A program made the position numbers and the translations under genes. Shown piece by piece: positions 1 to 17,969 of a stretch of DNA of 64,000 bases. This DNA is from Chrysomallon squamiferum (taxonomy: Eukaryota > Animalia > Mollusca), in assembly GCA_012295275.1 (NCBI GenBank), contig CM022672.1, positions 12,772,001 through 12,836,000 of the forward strand, read 5' to 3'. Numbering within the stretch: position 1 is the first letter of the stretch; each line of letters starts with the position of its first letter. The notes below the pieces were generated by a model. It ran no database searches. It saw nothing but the letters and a program-made list of their open reading frames with translations, and was not told where the DNA came from.

Positions 1-447
1 CGACCTAAATTAGAGGGATTATGATTACTACATGTTACATATATAATGCTGCCAAGATGATCAAGGAAGACTGCGGAAAGATTTAGAAGAAAGAGGAGCA
101 GTCATTGTTACACTTCTAAGATGTAAAATAAACACAGACTGTATGAAATGGCGTCACTCTTTTGGGATTATGAGATTGTTGTGTTGTTGAGAAAACAGCT
201 TTTATAAGATCGAAATGTTTAAGCTTAGTGAAAGATTAAAGAAGAGCGTGAGTTAATAAAATAAACAGACAGACAGACAGACATATATATTATATATATA
301 TATATATATAGGTATACAGACAGATATTCAGACAGATAGATACGGAAACAGAGACTGAGTGAGAAGTGTGTGAGAGACGGACAGATAGAGTGAGAAATGA
401 GTATGCGTGAAAGAAGTATATAGAAAGACAATTGCGTGTGTGTGTGC

Positions 448-564
<117 letters not shown>

Positions 565-864
565 ATATTTAAGATGATATGGGTTGAAATGCTATGGTTA
601 TCATTACAATCGATTGCCTATTATTTCCGTTTTTCAAAATAATGTTTCAATGTCAAAGCTAAAGATGAAAGATATCAGTTAATTTAACACGTCTGTGGTA
701 GCTCTTTTTGATTATATGCTTTAATTGTGGTTAATCGAAACATCAAACTGGTTAATCGCTCTACTGACAGGTGAATTATTTTCTAAATCTAATTCTTAAA
801 TTTTTTTTTTTTTTTTAGCTGGACGTGTCGATTACAACTGACGTTAGATTAAATATATTAAACA

Positions 865-928
<64 letters not shown>

Positions 929-1024
929 GGTTCCATATGTGTATACAGTGTATATATATATATATATATAAGTATGTTTGTATGTATGTTTGTTTGTTTG
1001 TATGCATATATTTATGTGTTTCTT

Positions 1025-1072
<48 letters not shown>

Positions 1073-2159
1073 TATACAGCTGCATATATTAATATATGTT
1101 TTTTAATTAATTACAAATTTAAAAAACTGACGTCAGATTTGGCTGTATGTAACCCAAGCGGCAGACCAAATACGACAGACCTAACCATCCGTAAGATAGA
1201 GATATTAATGAAACAATGACGTATCTTTATTTATTTATTTAATAATAATAATAACAAGAAGAAGAAGAAGAAGAACAACAACAACAACAACAACAACAAT
1301 GAAAATGAAAAAGAAAGAAAATATATATAATATTAATATAAGAAAGTAATTAACCAAATAAATAAAAGACACGAAAGAAAAAAATAAATAAGATAAACAC
1401 AACATCTTCTGGACTTCATAAACTAATGATAGACAAATTCAACACGTTCACAGACTTTCTCACAAACGAATTTAGTTTTTAATTATCTTAATCATCGTGT
1501 TCCGACTGATCGAGCAGACTGAGTTTAATGCGGCGAATTCCACGACACCAAATAAAAAACGTTTCAGGCTTTTTACGTTTAGTACAAACTAATTTACTGA
1601 AAAATTCCTTTATTATTATTCTATTTACAATCACTTAACACTGACGTGGGTTCCTGCCATACATGAACAACCAGTCGCTCCGTAACAGAGAATCTGGTGA
1701 TTTCGATCAATAGTTTATACATTAAGTGAAGCTTTTTTCTTTTTTCATAAGCAGCGACTCAAATATTTGCATTTCAGTGTAGATTTCTGCACGTTTCTAC
1801 AGCAGCATACACATAAATGAGATATATGTGTATATATGAGGGTATTAATAAATACAGAATTGTATTTAGTATTTATCGTATTTCCATATCACTAATATCA
1901 ACTCAGAGAAACTTCTGTTAAAATCTACATTTCGTGACACGAAGAAATCATCAGAATATATATTATAATATATTATATAATAAGAAATATTAGATTTTTT
2001 ACAAAAGAATTGGAAGAGAAACATAACTTGTAATTATATAGAATCGATATACTTACAACTTATTCTTTTTTTCTTCCTCTTTTAAAAAAAAAAAAAAATA
2101 AATAAAAATAAAAATAAAAATATTAGTACATTGTCGAAAACAAAAGAAGAAAAAAGGAT

Positions 2160-2320
2160 CTGAATAAATTTCTGGGCGCCGCCATTTGTTATAAAAATCG
2201 CGACATCAGGATGTACCGATTTTCCTTCGTTTTCTCTAGCGTTGTCATGAGAAACGCGATGACGTCACGTCTACAGCTGTAAATGGTTAAATTGGCGGCG
2301 TACAAATTCTTTTTTAACAG
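2160..2320. mobile_element. Dispersed foldback/MITE-like repeat (other copies ~10560-10744 and 21057-21217)
   Basis: Imperfect inverted arms tttctgggcgccgccattt ... aattggcggcgtacaaatt, followed by ttttaacagt(g/a)ttattttattgt. A diverged independent copy in gene B intron 2 (catttgggcaccaccatttt ... aaatggtggctttcagatg...ttaacagtattattttattgt) shows it is interspersed. Ends and TSD not resolved. Confidence 0.5.
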
Positions 2321-2557
2321 TGTTATTTTATTGTAATAACTACGATTAAATAAAACAGATCATTTTTAATTTCTGCAGAACATTGACATTCTGAGTTTTT
2401 ATGGGTTTTTAAAACAAGTTTTATTTATTTATCGTAAATTTTTTAATTATAATTTTTAGTCGTTTTTGTTGTTTACGTTTTGGAGCCTGATTATAATTTA
2501 TTTATCATTGTTTACTTAAAGTTTTGCTTGTAACCATCTTTTACAAATGGGTAATAA

Positions 2558-2608
<51 letters not shown>

Positions 2609-2972
2609 TAAAAATAAATAATTGATTATTTATGGGATAAAACATTTTACATAGCTACGTAAATAAAACAAAATTAAAAATAAATTATTAATTATTATTA
2701 TTATTATTTTGACTGAAAAACATTCATTTGTTAATCATAGTTTACTTAATAAGACACAGATTATGAAAAATTCTTTATATAATTATACATTATTAACATT
2801 TTTATTGCATTTACACAAGCACAAGAAATTAATTACAAACTGTATTTTTCTTCTTAATATTTATAAATAAACTGCATTTTTATTATTCACATACAGGAAC
2901 ATATCGTCTTCATATTAGGTAATCTTTCAAAATGACCTAATATTGATATCGTAATGGATTCTAAAATGTAGC

Positions 2973-5900
2973 TCAGACAATGAAAAACAAAAGAGTAGAA
3001 CCTGTGATGATAGATAAACTAAAAACAAAAATCATGAAGAGAAAGGAATCGAGAATCTGAGCAAATTCTTTGTACGTCATAGTGTCAGAGTTATCTTCCT
3101 TGTTCACACTGGTTTCCTCACGATACGGAGGAAGAAAATTTCCATTTTCAAACATCATGTGACGTCCAGATAAATTGTCTCTAAACGTAAAGCTTTTCAA
3201 ATCACCTCCAGAAAATTCGGCAGGTGGCGCTGACCGTTTTGGAGGAGGGTTCCGTCTAAAACACAAAAACCATGTTACAGGTGACAAAACGTGATGCGCA
3301 CAGTTGTGAACGCGAACGGACACGCACGATGTTTCTTTACTGTTGTATAAAGATGAAATCCAGATACTGAAAAGTGTCACCACAGTCCGAATAACCATGA
3401 GTGTTGAAAGATATATTTCTGAAACAAATGTACAAAATACATATATTTTTGTCTTTACAGTATTAAATGCTTAAAAAGTATTTTGGAATACAATTATGTC
3501 TTTTAATCTACAGACATTTGCACAAATTCTACCGAAAAAATTCCCTATAGAAAACTAAATTTCATTAAACAAAATTGGCAAATTATTCTTGACAAATAAC
3601 ATCAAAACTGTTACTAGTATTGCTAAAGCGACCTCTGTTGTCGTTTTCTGTTTGTTTTATTGTTAACTGACAGACAACAGTGATAACGAATAATTAATTT
3701 ATTCTTACGTAACACTGATATTTTTGTAGAGATCGGAGGCAAGTTGCTTGTTACCATAGTGAGAAGTACAACATAGGAAAGCAGTACAGTAAGGGAGTAT
3801 CCCAGCTTTTCTCCAGAGCCTAAAGGCACCATGAAAGTGAAAATCATAAGAACGGAATTCAGTATGATGGGAAGCAGAAGGTATTGACTGTAAAACTGCC
3901 AGCGACGACTGAACGTCAACGAAAACGTCAAGGTGCGGAATAAATTGACGGAGTCTGAGTCGTTGGCCATAGTGACCTCTGAAGAAACGAATTTCCATTG
4001 CCCCGTGTTCAGAGTAGATGAATGTGTTCACTGGATTCTCGAGTTCTGGGACCAATCCTACCTCATTCTGGAAAGAGAAAAGGTAAAAAGAGGATAATGT
4101 AAAAAAAAAAAAAAAAAAATCGAGAAAAAGGCATTTCAAATGAATGAGAGACAGAGAGAGGGAGGGAGAAAAGAGAAAATGAAGGAGAGAGAGAAAAAGT
4201 GAAAAAGAGTCAGATATTGTTGACTGTGTGAATACTGCCAGAAATTATAATCTGTTCGCAAAACGCGCAGTTCCGTGAAGGCACTTTATAATATATAAAT
4301 CAATATTTTATATTAATCAGTTTAGATCGATCAGTTTGAGTTCGCTGATAACAAATCCTCACATATACATCATCAATATATGCGCTTAAACAAGCAGTCC
4401 TACCTACGGCAGCCTTCTTAAAGGTTCGGCAGATACCGACAGCCATTTTGTTATCTTCATTGTGATCCAGCACTTGACGTAAACCAGTAAACGACTAAAA
4501 GAGGATCATGATCTTTGAACAGACAATTTGTGACATTATAAAGAAAAATATAAACGTCATTGAACTAGTTCACATAACACAGCTGTTTTTGTTTCTTCTT
4601 CTTCTTCTTCTTCATCTCCTTCTTCTGCCTCATTTTTCTTCATCCCAATCATTCTCAGCTTCTTCGTCATCATCTTCTTCTTTCAGTGTTCTTCATCTCC
4701 TTTTTCTTCTTCTTCTTTCAATCTTCTTCTTCTCCTCCTCCTCCTTCTTCTTTTCTTCTGGATGTTAAAGAGGACGATTTTAAATACTTACTAAATAGGC
4801 CCAGCCAGTCAGTCAATTCTGCTGCGATAAATAAACATTGATTTTAAAATTATTTTAAAAAACATAATAAAACTAACAAAACCAGTCTCGTCAAAGATAA
4901 AAAATAAAAATTAAAAAAATAATTAAAATAACAATAAAGTAAAAAGATAAAAATAATTAAAATTAAAATTAAAATTAAAATTAAAATTAAAATTGAATAA
5001 ATAAATAAAGAGAGAAATAAAGAAAGTAAGATAGAAAATAACTGATTTCAGATCTACAGTTTATTGGATTAAAAACATTCTCAACACTCTGTTTTCATAC
5101 AGACTGTATTTTTTATAGATTTTAGATCTTCAGCATCATATTAAGCTGCACTGGGTATAATAATAATTATTATTACTACTGATGACTCGATTTCACGGAC
5201 GAATAAGAGGGAGCACCGATCCAGAAAATGAAGAAGTCTCGAAACCTTTTACTTTAAACATTAACCCTAAAATTTACTGAAACATTAAACTTCAGAACAC
5301 ATAACAGCTGTATAATATAGTAACATAATAATGTAAGAACAATATATAGAGACTGCTGATTCAAGATTTTGTACTAACTTCTGACCGACACTAATAGGCA
5401 TCTTCTTTATCTTTTCTTACTACGTTCTCTTGGAGCCATAGAAGCTGTTGATAGTCACAAAAGAGATTTTTAATAATGGAAAAATGGCAATGATTTGGAG
5501 GAAATTCTGTGCTGCTGCTCTACTCACAAATATTTACAACTGCCATCTACCGGACACTTCACGAGTTGCTAGTACGTGTCTGGGAAATGACAATAAGTTT
5601 AAATTTTGTGATTTTTCCAGGGTTTTTTTCCCCCGGAATTCTCGAAATCGAAGGTGAACCACGCTATAGTGCTGCTGTTGCTGCTATTACTACTATTATT
5701 TTCAAAACCTTTGTGTTACTTACTCATTCTTGATAAGTAACGTAGGCTTCCAGATTTTCTTGTGATTGACTATAATATCTGAAATGTTGTTGTAGTCGTT
5801 GGCGTTCCATTGAAGTCGAGGATCCCACCAAGTCTTGATTGACAAAAAAAAAAAAAAAAAATAAAAATAAAAATAATAAAACTATAGTTATAAATGTGGT

Positions 5901-6315
5901 ATTGTAATAGTATATGAATCACTGTTGTACTACAACTGCTACTGTTACCACTAAATTACTGCTGCTGCAGTTGTTCTACCACTTCTACTACTACTACTGC
6001 TATTATTGATGATCATTAAGTAAAACTGGACCCCAAAAATGTGGCGCCATTATTGAAGTGATTATTAATTTGCAGGTCTTTTTAATAAATATATTATTTT
6101 AATTATCAGTTGTATATTACTACAACTGATTCAACAGTTCTTTGATATAAGTATAGACATACTCTACTGTTTTCTGTTTTATTAATATTATAAACACTAA
6201 TCTTGTTCTAAAAGAAAAATCTGCACCTGTTATTTATTTCAGATTTAAGAAAAAATAAGAAATCACTTACTGAGTACCAAACAACAGTCAGTAACATCCT
6301 CTGTTTACTGATGTC
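2973..6315 (-). pseudogene. 5'-truncated duplicate of nAChR-like gene A (exons 3-7 only)
   Basis: Exons 6315-6271, 5833-5724, a scrambled exon-5 remnant at ~4790-4895, 4067-3709 (359 nt vs 358: extra base at ~4000 = frameshift) and 3418-2973 (intact; G->R in M3, MVIRT vs MVIGT). Exons 1-2 are absent, replaced by the 3' end of gene B beyond the (GA)n junction. Confidence 0.85.
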
Positions 6316-6527
6316 CTGGAAAAAAATAATAGTAAAAAAAAATATATAAAAATTTTGATCTCTAAGGGATTTTAGTAAACCAGACGAATATTAGTACAGC
6401 TTTTATTTCGTTAATTGTCAGTCATCATGATAACTTTCTGTCATAATCCTTGTTTTATGTTCTGAATATTTATACGCATCATTGGTATTATGTTCGATTT
6501 AGAGACAGAGAGGCAGACACACACCGC

Positions 6528-6565
<38 letters not shown>

Positions 6566-6633
6566 TGTGTATATGTGTGTATGTGTTATATCCAATTTGT
6601 TTTCACAGGTACACAATCAGATAAAGAAACATA

Positions 6634-6736
<103 letters not shown>

Positions 6737-6869
6737 AAACAAAAGTCAAGGTAATTTATTTCATTTTGTTATTTATTTTTGGCTATTTACACAAAAACGT
6801 ATTTTTCACAGATCAGTCCTCGGCTTAGTTTATATCTGTCACAGTTCTAATCCAAGCAGACAGATCTCT

Positions 6870-11988
<5,119 letters not shown>

Positions 11989-12118
11989 ATCGCCGTGAAT
12001 TCGTATACTAGTTTTGAACACGTAAAACCCTTGTCTGATTTAGCTATATAACTTAAGGTCGACTGAAATTAGAGGGATTATGATTACTACATGTTACATA
12101 TATAATGCTGCCAAGATG

Positions 12119-12127
12119 ATCAAGGAA
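12119..12127 (+). repeat. Left target-site duplication ATCAAGGAA
   Basis: Identical 9-mer at 18804-18812; single copy at the empty site 60-68. Confidence 0.95.
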
Positions 12128-12615
12128 TTCTTCTCACAACACACGCTTGATCGTCGTCACGGTCGGTCCCGACATGGTGTAAGCCCGGAAGATAAGCTGT
12201 GAAGATTACTCACGAACGGATTGTGGATTGTGCTTTGTGCTGACTGAGCGGAATTCAGAAACGAAAAAGATACTGTACCTTTTTCTTTATTTATTTAGAT
12301 TTAAATTCTTATTTATATTATTTGTAGGCTTTTGTATTATTGTTACTTTTATTACTTTTCTTTTTTCTTTTCTGCTGTTTGCTACTCTTTTACTTTCCGG
12401 TATCTCAAATAACCGATATATCTTTTATCTTTATCTCGATCTGAAAGTGAGTTGCGTTCAGCTTTAGTCTTTTTTGAATTAATATAGAATTGTCTATATA
12501 TTTAAAAAATAATAATAATAATACATTCAAATATATTTTTGAAACCGATATATTTAAAAAAAAAAAAAAAAAACCCACACAAAACAACAACAACCCATAC
12601 ACTTACACAACAAAC

Positions 12616-14094
12616 ATGGCAACAAAAAACATCAACATTTACAGCTCGGGAACTGACATCTCAGATATGGAAACAAGGGTTCCAAAACGACCTAGGGACA
12701 GGAGCCCTAGCTCCGTGGAAAAAACACACAATAGGAAACAAAAGAAAAAAACAGAAAATACAGTTCAACACACGCAATCGGACACAGAAATAACCGAACA
12801 ACAAAAAATTATTAATAGAAATCTGCACATCTTGGAAAGGCTAAGGGAAACCGACAGCGAAGACGAAACCGAACCAAATGCATGGAAAATTATAAAAAGG
12901 AAAAAAACAAAACACACCCACAGCCGAAGCACCATTGCAGTTCACAATAAAAATTACACAAACATCAACAAACAGTTGCGCTACTTAATAGAAGCGCAAG
13001 TACATATTATGGACAAAACGACAAAAGTCAACAAAAATAAAAACGAAAAGGAAATCTACTTCGAAGTAGACACAAAAACACTGAAAACAATCGGGCCCAA
13101 CATTACAATCTGGGACGAAACATTTGTTGTCAGGGTTTTAGCCAAACTAATCCCTGACACTAAACAAACACAGAAAACACCCACACCACAACCCAGAAAA
13201 ACACTACTTGCAACACCGCAGCCAAAACAAACTCCTATTACCAAACAACAACAACAACAACCCAAACACACAACAAAACCAAAAGAAACAACAATATACA
13301 AATACATTTCTAAAGATTTGGGTTTTTATTACCCACATGCAAACAAACTAGATTTCTTTGAAATATTCAACAAAGAACTAGTACACCAAACAAATTCGAC
13401 ACTTGTCGGTGTGGAAATGTGGAGAAAGCCAAATTACTGGACCACACTGACATTTAACAAAAAACTTACAAACACAACCATCACCATTGATGGGTACAAG
13501 TACACACTGGCAGAAATGAGGCCGCAGTTGCCCAAGTGCGGCCACTGTCAGAAATGGGGGCACATCACAAACCAGTGCTCCCACAGACACAACCCGAAAC
13601 ACTTAACGTGCAGTTTCTGTGGTGGAAATCACCACAGAAACTCAGGCCTATGCCGGTCTCTGGCAAAATGCGCAAATTGCCAGGGACCACACGAATCACA
13701 CTACAAGATGTGTCCAGCAAAAATGAAAGCAACCAACAATTTCGAGCACAATAGGAGAGAGAACAAAATTTTACAAAACGTGAACAAAAAATGCCAGAAG
13801 ATAGAAGAAAAAACCAAAACCATTATAGAAACAAAAATTAATCAACACAACGAGAAACCAAAAGACAATCTCGACAGGGAGGTCAGGATAGCAGAAATCC
13901 ACAAAATCATTGTATGCCTCCTGATTGAGCTTCAGAACATCAGGACCAATAAAGGAAACACAAATGATGAAGCCAATCTGGAGCAGACAGTAGCCCAGAT
14001 AATTGAAGACAGCTTGGGCTTCAAGATCGACACACATGACAAAAGACTAAAATTACATACAGACAGGAGAAATCCTACAAACACAAAACAGTGA
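12616..14094 (+). CDS. LINE ORF1, gag-like nucleic-acid-binding protein (492 aa from first ATG)
   Basis: Uninterrupted ORF with zinc knuckles CGHCQKWGHITNQC, CSFCGGNHHRNSGLC and CANCQGPHESHYKMC, a basic N-terminus and a coiled-coil-like C-terminus. Confidence 0.9.
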   Translation: MATKNINIYSSGTDISDMETRVPKRPRDRSPSSVEKTHNRKQKKKTENTVQHTQSDTEITEQQKIINRNLHILERLRETDSEDETEPNAWKIIKRKKTKHTHSRSTIAVHNKNYTNINKQLRYLIEAQVHIMDKTTKVNKNKNEKEIYFEVDTKTLKTIGPNITIWDETFVVRVLAKLIPDTKQTQKTPTPQPRKTLLATPQPKQTPITKQQQQQPKHTTKPKETTIYKYISKDLGFYYPHANKLDFFEIFNKELVHQTNSTLVGVEMWRKPNYWTTLTFNKKLTNTTITIDGYKYTLAEMRPQLPKCGHCQKWGHITNQCSHRHNPKHLTCSFCGGNHHRNSGLCRSLAKCANCQGPHESHYKMCPAKMKATNNFEHNRRENKILQNVNKKCQKIEEKTKTIIETKINQHNEKPKDNLDREVRIAEIHKIIVCLLIELQNIRTNKGNTNDEANLEQTVAQIIEDSLGFKIDTHDKRLKLHTDRRNPTNTKQ

Positions 14095-17000
14095 ACAAAA
14101 ACAAAACAAAACAAAACAGTAACAACCATTTACAAACTCTTCACGACAAGCACGCCAAGAACACAGGTCTCTCCGTCCTTCAATGGAACGCCAAAGGCCT
14201 TCACTCAACAGGCCACGGAGACGAACTACTACACTTCCTGGCCTCCACTACAAACACACCGGACATAATATGCATTCAAGAAACATGGCTGGGACATTAC
14301 AACAAAAACAACAAAACAACAAAAACCTTTACGGTCCCCGGGTACCAAAGTCATTACGTCAACAGATACAACAGCACCCGGGGAGGCATCATGACTCTCG
14401 TCAAACAAGACATTCCACACACCAAGCTGAACCAAGCCAAAGTACACGCCAACATAGAAATATTAAGTATCACAGTACACAACAACAATCAAAACATCGA
14501 CATCATTAACGTATACAGCCCACCCACTCCCGCACTACACACCATTCAAACCCCGGATTTAAACAAAATGATCACAACAAAGAACAAGGTCATTATAGTG
14601 GGCGATTTCAACTGTCACAACACCCTATGGGGTGGCTCGACAGACGACAGCCCTGGAATCGTCCTCGAAGATTTCCTGGAACAAAACCAGCTGGTCTGTT
14701 TGAACGACGGAACATTCACATACACTAGCGACATCAATGGGGGCCAAACCGCCATTGATGTAACGACATCGCAGCACTCTCCGAATGGCAAGTGCTCGAT
14801 GAGCTAAACAGCGACCACCACCCGATACTCACCAACTACAACAGCAAGAACACCTTCTCGGACAGATCCATCTTCACACCGAAATGGAACTTCAACAAAG
14901 CGGACTGGGAAGGCTTCTACAAAGCATGCAGAAACATCAACACGCAGAACCCCAACGACATCGACGCCTACTGCGCATCACTCACCAACACGATACACTC
15001 CATTGCAATCAAATACATACCGAAAACCAGAAAATGCACCGGCAAAATATCCACTCCCTGGTGGACGGAACGCATAGAAAACAAATGCAAGGAGAGAAAC
15101 AAATACAGAAGACAATATAAAAAAGACAGAAATCATTCTACGCACGAAAAATATAAAATATCAAAAAAAGAAGTTTCCAACCTAATACTCACAGCGAAAC
15201 AAGAACACTGGGAACTTTTTTGCAACAACATCGACCACAAAACATCAGTCAAAGACATGTGGGCCAAAGTAAAAAACATTCAAGGAAAAAACCCCACAGA
15301 ATTAACACTCTCGGCAAAAGCAACTTCGCATTCACTGACAAGCAAAAAGCGGACCTACTCAGCCAAACCTTCGCCAAGTCCAGCAGCAATTCGAACTTCC
15401 CACTGAAGTTCGCAAAGAAACAACTGGACAACCAAGCAATCGGCGAACACTCCGCAGACACAGAAAACAGAAAATACAATCAACTATTCAACATCCGTGA
15501 ATTAAAACAAGCACTCAAAAACAAGAAAAGTACAGCCACGGGGCCAGATAAAATAAGCTACACAATATTACAACATCTACCAGACGAAACCCTACTGGTT
15601 ATACTAGAACTTTACAACGCAATATGGACCACCGGCAAGATTCCAACAAACTGGAAACACGCCGAATGTTTCAGCTTGCCCAAACCACACAAAGATCACT
15701 CATTACCCAACAGCTACAGGCCGATCACGCTGACGTCACATATATGTAAAACTTTCGAAACAATGATCAACACACTCCTGAACCAGCATTTAAACGACAA
15801 CAATTTAATCAGCAAATTTCAAAGCGGCTTCAGGAAGAAACACAGCACTAACGACCAGATCACACGCCTGCATACATCAATTAATCAATCTTTTCGAAAA
15901 TCAAAAAAAGTCATAGCAGTTTTTTTAGACATTGAAAAAGCATTCGACATGGTATGGAGGGAAGGACTATTAGTTAAATTAATAAATAACAACATTAAAG
16001 GCAACATGTTCAACTTTATCAAAGACTTTATCAACAACAGATCCATAGCAGTCAAAATAAACGGTCACACCTCAGAGAAAACGACAATCGAAAACGGCAT
16101 CCCCCAAGGATCCGTGATCTCGCCCACACTCTTCAACATCTACATCAACGACATCGTCACAGCACTCGACCAACAAGACAACGACAGAAATCCGCCAAAG
16201 GAGCCGATAAATACAGCACTCTTTGCAGACGACTGCGCCTTTTGGCGGGCAGGAAGATCGACCGCAGCAATACAGAAACAAATACAAAAAGACTTAAACA
16301 ACATAAACGATTGGGCGTTGAAATGGGGCATAAAGATTTCTCTTTCGAAAACGACGTGCCTCCTTTTCAACAAGAAATCAGACAACAGCAAGATCACTCT
16401 CAACATCGACAACAACTTCATAACACAAACAAAGACATTCAAATTTCTAGGTGTGACATTCGACAGTCAACTCAACTTCCGATGCCACATACACAACATA
16501 ATTGCCTCCTGCAAAAAAACAATCAATCTTCTAAAGTTAATTTCTGGAACCAGTTGGGGAGCAAACGAGTCAACGCTGATTTTGATACACAAAGCGTGTA
16601 TTCTCTCCAAGCTCGACTACGGAGCCACGGCTTACTCGAATGCTCCCAAACTTTATTTTAAAAAAACTAGATATAATCCAATCAAGTGCCCTCAGGGTGA
16701 TCGGCCACCTGCCAAACACAACACCATCCGACAGCCTCCTGTCGGAATACAGCATCCAACCATTAAAATACAGAAGAAAACTGCAGCTACTAAAATACAA
16801 CCTGAAAATACACACACTCAACACAGACCACCCGGTCAAGGATCTGGTCCCCGACCAACAAAGAATAGGACAACTCTTTAAATCGCATAGTCTACTACTA
16901 TCGAATTTCCCGACAACAGCTAGCGAAATCGAAAGGGAAACAGGAATTGGTGAAATGCCACTGCCGGCATACCACAAAGAAAGAAAACCGACAATCAACA

Positions 17001-17969
17001 CACCTTTCCTGATAAAAAGAGAAACTGACAAAACAGAGATCCAACCATTCAAAAAAATCATTTTTTTGGCAGCAGCAAACGACCACTACAAACAACACAC
17101 GCACATCTACACTGACGGATCCAAAAACCCAGACAACGGGAGAGTAGGATTCGCCTTCATAGCTCAAGATCACACAAACAAACCCATATGCATACAATTC
17201 GGCCGTATCAGAAATCACCTTTCGGTATACACGGCCGAGTTGGTAGCCATCATCAGAGCCATGCTGTGGGTTAAACACAACAACAACAAACACACAGTCA
17301 TTTTCTCGGACAGTCTAAGTTCCGTGATCTCAATACAATCCGGAAGTTCAAGCAGACCAGACCTGCTCAGCAAAATACAACAAATACACGAAGAAATACA
17401 ACACGACAAGAAAGAAGTAACCATCGAGTGGCTCCCAGCACACGTCGGCATCATCGGCAACGAACTTGCCGACCATTACGCCAAAGAGTCACTCACCATT
17501 AAAGACGAAGACATCTGCACAGACATACATTACGGAATAAACGAAATCGTCTCCATCGCTGCCAAACATTACGACAAACAATGGCAGAACGAATGGAACA
17601 ACACGAAAAACAAATGGCACTTAAACATCAAACCACTCGCCAAAACACCCAAAATCACACTCGCCAACAAACTACACAACAACAATCTCACCAAAGCCAG
17701 AATTGGTTACTCAACCAACCTAAACGCAATTCTATACAAACATAACATCATCACATCACCCAACTGCAGTTGCGGACTCTCAGAAACCATGAAACACTAC
17801 TTGTTTCACTGTCCAAACTTTGCCAAGGAAAGACAAGCACTACGCAATATATTGGAGGAACTAAAAATCGAGTTCACGCTCCAACACATCCTGGCACCAA
17901 ACGTGAAAGACAGAGTTAGTCCTCGCTGCAGTAACAAATTACATTCTCAAAACAAAACACAAACTATAA
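14091..17969 (+). pseudogene. LINE ORF2 (APE endonuclease, reverse transcriptase, RNase H, C-terminal Zn finger), frameshifted
   Basis: APE: QWNAKGL, CIQETW, GDFNCH, SDHHP. RT: YRPITL, QSGFR, LDIEKAFD, PQGS, FADD, FLGV. RNase H: IYTDGSK, TAELVAI, FSDS, WLPAHVGIIGNELAD. Zn finger: CSCGLSETMKHYLFHC. Frame breaks near 14765 (small deletion after IDVT), ~15290, ~16660 and ~17915; the restored end reads LVLAAVTNYILKTKHKL* with TAA at 17967-17969. Confidence 0.92.

Noticed and set aside
5179-5210. Hammerhead-like string CTGATGA-ctcgatttcacggac-GAAT (also ~24169)
   Set aside because: Stem II does not pair properly, GAAA is GAAT, and stems I/III could not be built; at most a decayed relic.
12128-12270. 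Possible HDV-like or hammerhead ribozyme at the LINE 5' end
   Set aside because: No CUGANGA/GAAA core and no convincing nested pseudoknot found by eye; a covariance-model search would be needed.
13056-17460. Multiple antisense ORFs inside the LINE
   Set aside because: By-product of the A/C-rich sense strand (few antisense stops); no recognisable motifs.
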